Shown here one piece after another: positions 58,719-64,000 of a DNA stretch of 64,000 nucleotides. Source of the stretch: Candidatus Latescibacterota bacterium (lineage in GTDB: Bacteria; Latescibacterota; UBA2968); contig OZ241986.1 of NCBI GenBank assembly GCA_965204375.1, positions 3,232,001-3,296,000 on the forward strand, written 5' to 3'. The position numbers and the translations under genes were made by a program. The notes under the pieces are model-generated. The model searched no databases. It saw only the letters and a list, made by a program, of their open reading frames with translations, and was not told the origin of the DNA. Within the stretch, counting starts at the first letter, position 1. Each line of letters begins with the position of its first letter.

Positions 58719-59194
58719 GTTCCCTCCTGAGAATTTTTCACTTTACCAGCCCGCAAACCGGGATGGCGAAAACAAACCGCTAAACCGAGCAATCCGAGAA
58801 GTGTCATCGTACCTGGTGCCAGCGACGGGGTGGCACCGCCCAAAGCTTCCCAAACAAGCTCAAGCCCACTGCGGGATGGATACATCTCCAACTCGAACTC
58901 GACGTTTCCCTTGTAGTGAAGCCACTGTCCGACAAAACCCGAAACAACGAACAATACCATAACAATCTGAAAAACGCGGACACTCACCACGCCAGGCGCG
59001 ATAAAGAGCCAGCCGGCGCACGGAAGTGCCGCCATAAAGAGCACGAGAGGAACCCACTGCCAAAAATCCTCCATATGCTCGAGGAGAACAAGCTCGGCTC
59101 CCGTGCCGACAATTCCCATTATCAAAATAGCGAGAACAAAACGCCGAAGCAGGTCGGCGTCTTCTCTCCAAGACCGTTGGGTTGAAATATCCAA
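58715..59194 (-). CDS. four-TM hypothetical membrane protein
   Basis: ELVLLEH, WQWVP, GATPSLAPG; ATGA overlap with the HhH gene. Confidence 0.7.
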   Translation of the reverse strand: MDISTQRSWREDADLLRRFVLAILIMGIVGTGAELVLLEHMEDFWQWVPLVLFMAALPCAGWLFIAPGVVSVRVFQIVMVLFVVSGFVGQWLHYKGNVEFELEMYPSRSGLELVWEALGGATPSLAPGTMTLLGLLGLAVCFRHPGLRAGKVKNSQEGT

Positions 59195-59344
59195 AACGCA
59201 TTCCTATTTTTTATCACTAATCCTTAGACCACCCAACACGCCAGAACGTTCCCACCTATCATCTCCCATCCTATATACCTTTTATTTTTTCTCTTAGAGA
59301 ATTATATTACGCATCCTCAATACTCATTTCACAAGGAGACCACA

Positions 59345-59722
59345 ATGAAAAAACAACCCTTCACCAGCAAACGCGGCAACATCCCCAAATTCCCCTACTC
59401 GCAAGCCATAATCTACGGCAACCTCATCTTCATCTCTGCCCAACCCCCGGTCGATCCGGAAACCGATGAAATTGTCGGAGACGATATCAAAGCGCAAACC
59501 CGGTGCATACTCACCAATATCTCGGGCATTCTCGAAGACGCGGGAACATCGCTCGACAACGTCCTGAAAGTAACCGTCATCCTCCAGGACCGCTCTCTTT
59601 TTTCGGACTTCAACGACGCCTACGCCGAATTTTTCCCCGAAAACGCGCCCACGCGCACCCCCATCTTCGGCGATACCGGCGCACATCTGGTACTCCTCGA
59701 CGTCATCGCGGGGATGAAGTGA
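59345..59722 (+). CDS. RidA/YjgF-family protein
   Basis: PYSQA, FISAQ, QTRCILTN, FNDAYAEFF, PTRT. Confidence 0.88.
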   Translation: MKKQPFTSKRGNIPKFPYSQAIIYGNLIFISAQPPVDPETDEIVGDDIKAQTRCILTNISGILEDAGTSLDNVLKVTVILQDRSLFSDFNDAYAEFFPENAPTRTPIFGDTGAHLVLLDVIAGMK

Positions 59723-59821
59723 GAAGGAAGAAGAGAGAAGTGAGCACAGGCGGAGCCTACAACGCAGCGCAGCAAGTAACGCCCACCCAACACCACCCCA
59801 AGACGGATGCTTCTTCACACT

Positions 59822-60853
59822 TCAAACTTCACACTTCAAACTTCTCCAAATCGCCAACTTACTCCCCACACGGATCGCCTGCAACATATTTACAGCTTTG
59901 GCAACACCTTTACCCGCGATATCATAAGCCGTACCATGATCCACAGACGTCCGCACAATCGGCAGACCCAGCGTCACATTGACGGCCTCATCAAACGCCA
60001 CCAGCTTTGCGGGCACATGGCCTTGATCGTGATACATCGCCACCACCCCGTCGTACAGCCCATTATAAACCTTTAAAAAAGTCGTATCCGCAGGCAGCGG
60101 ACCGTCAACGCGCCAGCCTTCGCTCAAAGTCTTTTCAACAGCCGGACGGACGACCTCTGCGTCCTCGCTACCAAACAAGCCATTTTCACCCGCGTGTGGA
60201 TTTAACCCGCATACTGCTATTCTGGGATCTAACTTCCCCATGCCGATAAGCACATCTCGGGTAAGCCGAACCGTATCGTAAATCAGATCGACCGTAAGCC
60301 TATCGGGAACCTCGTGCAACGCAATATGCCCCGTCACATGCGACACATTCATGCGATCAGATACCAGCATGAGATGTGCGCGACCTGCACCTGATTTTTC
60401 AGCCAACAACTCCGTATGACCCGCAAAGGGATAACCCGCCAGATTCATCGCCTCCTTATTCAAAGGCGCCGTCACAATCCCGTCAATTCGATCCGCCATC
60501 GCCAGATCAACCGCGCGAATCACCCACTCAGCCGCTGCTCTACCCGCCTCGCGACACACCTCGCCCATAGCAATCTGACCCACATCCACATCTACCGGGC
60601 ACCAGATATCAACGCCCCCAAATTCAAACGCACCATCTTCGGGTCGCTCCACAACCCGCACATCCAGTCGCACACCGGCCATAGCCATATCGCGCTTCAA
60701 TATTTCCGGATGCCCAATAACCAGAGGTCTGCACACGCGATAGCTTTCCTCACGCGCCAGAGCCTTCAAAATCACTTCCGATCCTATACCACACGGATCG
60801 CCCATCGTAATACCCATCAGCGGGCGTTTGTCCAAACCGTCTTTCTCAATCAT
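59822..60853 (-). CDS. pdxA: 4-hydroxythreonine-4-phosphate dehydrogenase family (PdxA/PdxA2)
   Basis: GDPCGIG, GHTE, LNPHAGE, MYHDQG, RTSVDHGTA. Confidence 0.93.
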   Translation of the reverse strand: MIEKDGLDKRPLMGITMGDPCGIGSEVILKALAREESYRVCRPLVIGHPEILKRDMAMAGVRLDVRVVERPEDGAFEFGGVDIWCPVDVDVGQIAMGEVCREAGRAAAEWVIRAVDLAMADRIDGIVTAPLNKEAMNLAGYPFAGHTELLAEKSGAGRAHLMLVSDRMNVSHVTGHIALHEVPDRLTVDLIYDTVRLTRDVLIGMGKLDPRIAVCGLNPHAGENGLFGSEDAEVVRPAVEKTLSEGWRVDGPLPADTTFLKVYNGLYDGVVAMYHDQGHVPAKLVAFDEAVNVTLGLPIVRTSVDHGTAYDIAGKGVAKAVNMLQAIRVGSKLAIWRSLKCEV

Positions 60854-61006
60854 AATAAATCCAACAAAAAAGTGGCGGCCTCAAAACCGCCACAATCGTT
60901 CTTTCTTCTTTTTTGCTTGCCACCTTACCAGCAAGGCGGTAAGCCCACACAGGCCCGTTACTACGATCATACCAATGACTGTTTCCATTACGCATCCTCT
61001 CAACCA

Positions 61007-64000
61007 TCAATCATCGTCAGCAGTATCATAAGCCTCATCCCTCGCGCGAGAGGCAAACACACTCGCGCTCAAACGCCGAATAGCCAGACGCAAATCGTCG
61101 AGCAAGGTATAAAACAAAGGCACGACCAGCAACGTCAGGAATGTCGAGGCCAACAACCCGCCCATCATCGTGCGCCCCAAAGGCGCATAAGACGTACCCA
61201 TTGCATTGCTATCGCCCACTGCCATGGGCAGCAAGCCAAAGACCGTTGTAAACGTCGTCATCAAAATGGGGCGAAAGCGATTGTGACCCGCTTCCATAAT
61301 CGCATCAAAGCGATTCATGCCATCGGCACGCAAGCGATTGACCATATCCACCAGCACAATCGCGTTATTCACCACCACACCAATCAACACAATTATCCCC
61401 ACAGACGCCATCCTATCCATGGCCGTATCTGTCAAATACAGCGTCCAGTAAACACCGAAAAAAGAAAATGGAATTGAAAAAAGCACTGAAAACGGCAAAA
61501 TAAACGACTCGAACAAAACACCCATCAACAAAAACACACTCGTCACCGCCATCACAATTCCCAGTCGCTCAGAGGCTTCGTCCTCTTTAAGTTGCCTGAA
61601 ACTCTCTCCTTTGTCCCACGAATACCCGCGGGGCAACTCGAGACCATCCATCACCTTGTCAATCTCCTCAGCCAGACCCCTGATATCTGCCCGCGTCGTA
61701 TAAGCCCTGATACGCAACTTGACCTTGCCATCGTATCGCGCAATGCGCCCCATCCCCCGCGAGACCTGGAAGAAGGCGACTTCGCTCAAAGCCACTTCTG
61801 TACCATCGTCGGTCTCAAACGGAAAATTGCGCAACTGATTCAAATTTTGTCGGTCTGTCCTATCCAGAAAAAGCCGCACCCGCACCTCGCCGTCATCGGA
61901 CTTAAAACGAGGCAACGACACCCCTTGCAGGCCATAAGAGATATAGCGCGCAACATCCCGTACAGAAATCCCAAGTCGTTTCGCCCGCTCCCGATCAATC
62001 ACGACCCGCACCTCGTCATCAGCCAGTTCCAAATCTGTATCAACACCGACGAGAGAAGGGATCTGCCGCAAACGCCGCTCCACCTCATCGACGAGACTGA
62101 CCAGAACCTCGGTATCATCGCCTTCCAGATAAATCGACACGCCCGGATCACTACCACCACCCTCATTTCTAGCCCCTTCCACGGAATGCCGCACCCCCAC
62201 ATATCTGGGCATGTTTTTGCTAATATCTTCCGCGACCTCAGCCCGTTCCATTGGCCCAGCAACGGGTATCCCCAGAGCATTGCGCGTATTTTTGTACGCC
62301 ACATACCACCACGGATCATCGCTCTTGGCCGGCATATACAAGCTCAGATTACCGTAGCCAGGTCGGTAGTAAACACGCAGAGTTTCATAGCCGTATTTTT
62401 CGCGCCGCGCCTCCAGAAATTCCTCAACCTCCCCCACAATCGCTTCGGTTTCTTCCGGCGAAAAGTGACGCGGCAACTTCAACCGCACATCCAAATCGTT
62501 AAATGCGCCACCGCGGTGGCGGTCTGCGCGCTTCAGATTATCCATGGGATACATCGTCGTTGCCGCAAGTGCCAGCGCGATCAACACTGCGTCCCGACGG
62601 TGTCGCAATGTCCAACTCAACATGCGCGCATAAATTCCTCGCGCCTTCACAATAATTTTGGAATTGGGACGCACCCGTCCCTTGCCCAAGCGCACAGATG
62701 CCAGAGGAATAAACAACAGCGCCACAAATAGCGACCCCACCAGAGCCACTCCAACCGGAACGCCCAGACGCGTCATGTAAAAAGTCATAAACATATCACC
62801 GCTAAACAACATCATAGGCAAAAACACCACCACCGTCGTAAACGTCGCCATAGTAATGGCCTGCCCCACCTCACTCGCGCCAAAGATAGCGGCATCTTCG
62901 GGTGCCTCGCCATTGCCTCGCCGGCGATAAATATTCTCCAAAATCACAATGGCATTATCCACAACCAGCCCAATCCCAACCATAAGTCCCATCATAGTCA
63001 CCACATTGAGCGACCAGCCGACAAAATACAACGCGGTCATCGCAATCATCACACACAGCGGAATAGCCAATGTGATAATGGCCGTCATCCGCACGGTACG
63101 CAAAAAGAACAACAACACCAGCGCGGCAAACAGCCCGCCCCAAAGCCCGGTTTCCCGAAGATTGCGAATCGATTCCTTAATAAAAAACCCCTGATTGAAC
63201 ATCACCTGAAACGACACCTGCCCGGCCATGCGCGGATCTTCTTCGATAGCTTTCAATTTTGCCACAACCCGATCGGTCACATCCGCGACATTTGCACCCG
63301 ATTCCTGTTTGATACCAAAACTCATACCTCTTTTGCCATCAATGCGCTGCGTCCACGACTTTTCGGGCACCTCGAAAACCACCGAAGCCACATCGCCAAG
63401 GCGCACCTTGCCAGCCCGCGATCGAATCTGGATATCTTCAATTTCCCGCAACGTGACATACTGCGCCAGCGACCGCACGTAAAATTTCTTTGTGCCTTCG
63501 CGCACATAGCCCCCGGCAAGCGCAAAATTGTCGCTCCTCAAGGTCGAAACAATCTCGCCAATGCGCACACCGCGCGCCCTCATGCGCTCCTGATCTACCT
63601 CCACCATCACTTCCTTGCGATCCGCGCCAAAAATATCCACGCGCCCAACCCCATCCACGCGCTCCAGAGGATATTGCACAAAGGTCTCGATAAACTGAAA
63701 GGGTTCCGTAATAGCCGAGTCAATCGACACAGCCACATACATAACAGACCGCGAATCCTGATCGTATTTGTGAATACGCACCTCGTCTCGCGCCTCTTCC
63801 GGCAACAGGGGCTTGAGGCGCTCGAGCCGATCTGAAACCTGATTGTACGCGGCCACCATATCCGTATATTGGCGAAATTCCATATGCACACGTGCACCCC
63901 GAGAGCTGTAGCTACGCATGGTCTTAATACCCTTTACAGTGCGCAGCGTCTCTTCCAGCGGCAGGGTGATCTCTTGTTCGGTCTCCTGCGGAGAGGCATT
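61007..64000 (-). CDS. AcrB/MdtB-family RND permease (5' end beyond the window)
   Basis: GLVVDNAIVILENI, GVVVNNAIVLVD, RFRPILMTT; frame open to the window edge. Confidence 0.93.
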   Translation of the reverse strand, partial: NASPQETEQEITLPLEETLRTVKGIKTMRSYSSRGARVHMEFRQYTDMVAAYNQVSDRLERLKPLLPEEARDEVRIHKYDQDSRSVMYVAVSIDSAITEPFQFIETFVQYPLERVDGVGRVDIFGADRKEVMVEVDQERMRARGVRIGEIVSTLRSDNFALAGGYVREGTKKFYVRSLAQYVTLREIEDIQIRSRAGKVRLGDVASVVFEVPEKSWTQRIDGKRGMSFGIKQESGANVADVTDRVVAKLKAIEEDPRMAGQVSFQVMFNQGFFIKESIRNLRETGLWGGLFAALVLLFFLRTVRMTAIITLAIPLCVMIAMTALYFVGWSLNVVTMMGLMVGIGLVVDNAIVILENIYRRRGNGEAPEDAAIFGASEVGQAITMATFTTVVVFLPMMLFSGDMFMTFYMTRLGVPVGVALVGSLFVALLFIPLASVRLGKGRVRPNSKIIVKARGIYARMLSWTLRHRRDAVLIALALAATTMYPMDNLKRADRHRGGAFNDLDVRLKLPRHFSPEETEAIVGEVEEFLEARREKYGYETLRVYYRPGYGNLSLYMPAKSDDPWWYVAYKNTRNALGIPVAGPMERAEVAEDISKNMPRYVGVRHSVEGARNEGGGSDPGVSIYLEGDDTEVLVSLVDEVERRLRQIPSLVGVDTDLELADDEVRVVIDRERAKRLGISVRDVARYISYGLQGVSLPRFKSDDGEVRVRLFLDRTDRQNLNQLRNFPFETDDGTEVALSEVAFFQVSRGMGRIARYDGKVKLRIRAYTTRADIRGLAEEIDKVMDGLELPRGYSWDKGESFRQLKEDEASERLGIVMAVTSVFLLMGVLFESFILPFSVLFSIPFSFFGVYWTLYLTDTAMDRMASVGIIVLIGVVVNNAIVLVDMVNRLRADGMNRFDAIMEAGHNRFRPILMTTFTTVFGLLPMAVGDSNAMGTSYAPLGRTMMGGLLASTFLTLLVVPLFYTLLDDLRLAIRRLSASVFASRARDEAYDTADDD

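Noticed and set aside
1-64000. CRISPR array, rRNA or tRNA genes
   Set aside because: No regularly spaced 25-40-nt repeats with unique spacers, and no rRNA or tRNA signatures, were seen by eye.

Overview
Bacterial chromosomal window of moderate GC, made of housekeeping operons interrupted by accessory modules. Bases ~1-13.1 kb form a defence/toxin-antitoxin island directly downstream of gatB. It holds a DUF6932-like nucleotidyltransferase paired with an XRE-HTH/ImmA-IrrE peptidase, a hicB-hicA-like pair and an OLD-like ATPase-TOPRIM nuclease. It also holds a tightly coupled operon: HEPN-like gene, type III Mod, RelE toxin, type III Res and putative AbiC. The most unusual feature is that the Mod methyltransferase ends in a 44-aa tail resembling an antitoxin C-terminus, and the RelE toxin gene lies between mod and res. 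This suggests a toxin-guarded type III R-M system. The rest of the window holds truA-htrA-pssA-tatA-gatAB, comEC, an unassigned ~200-nt structured RNA candidate, accA/aspC/argJ, and an AAA ATPase with a truncated DUF4276-like partner. It continues with the ilvN-leuACD-cimA-alaC cluster and its Leu-rich leader, catabolic genes, an RqlH/RqlI-like pair, a TnpB-only element next to an orphan C5 methyltransferase, cysK, a CusCBA-type metal efflux operon, pdxA and a partial RND pump. No rRNA, tRNA or CRISPR array was seen. All family calls come from motif recognition by eye, not from database searches.
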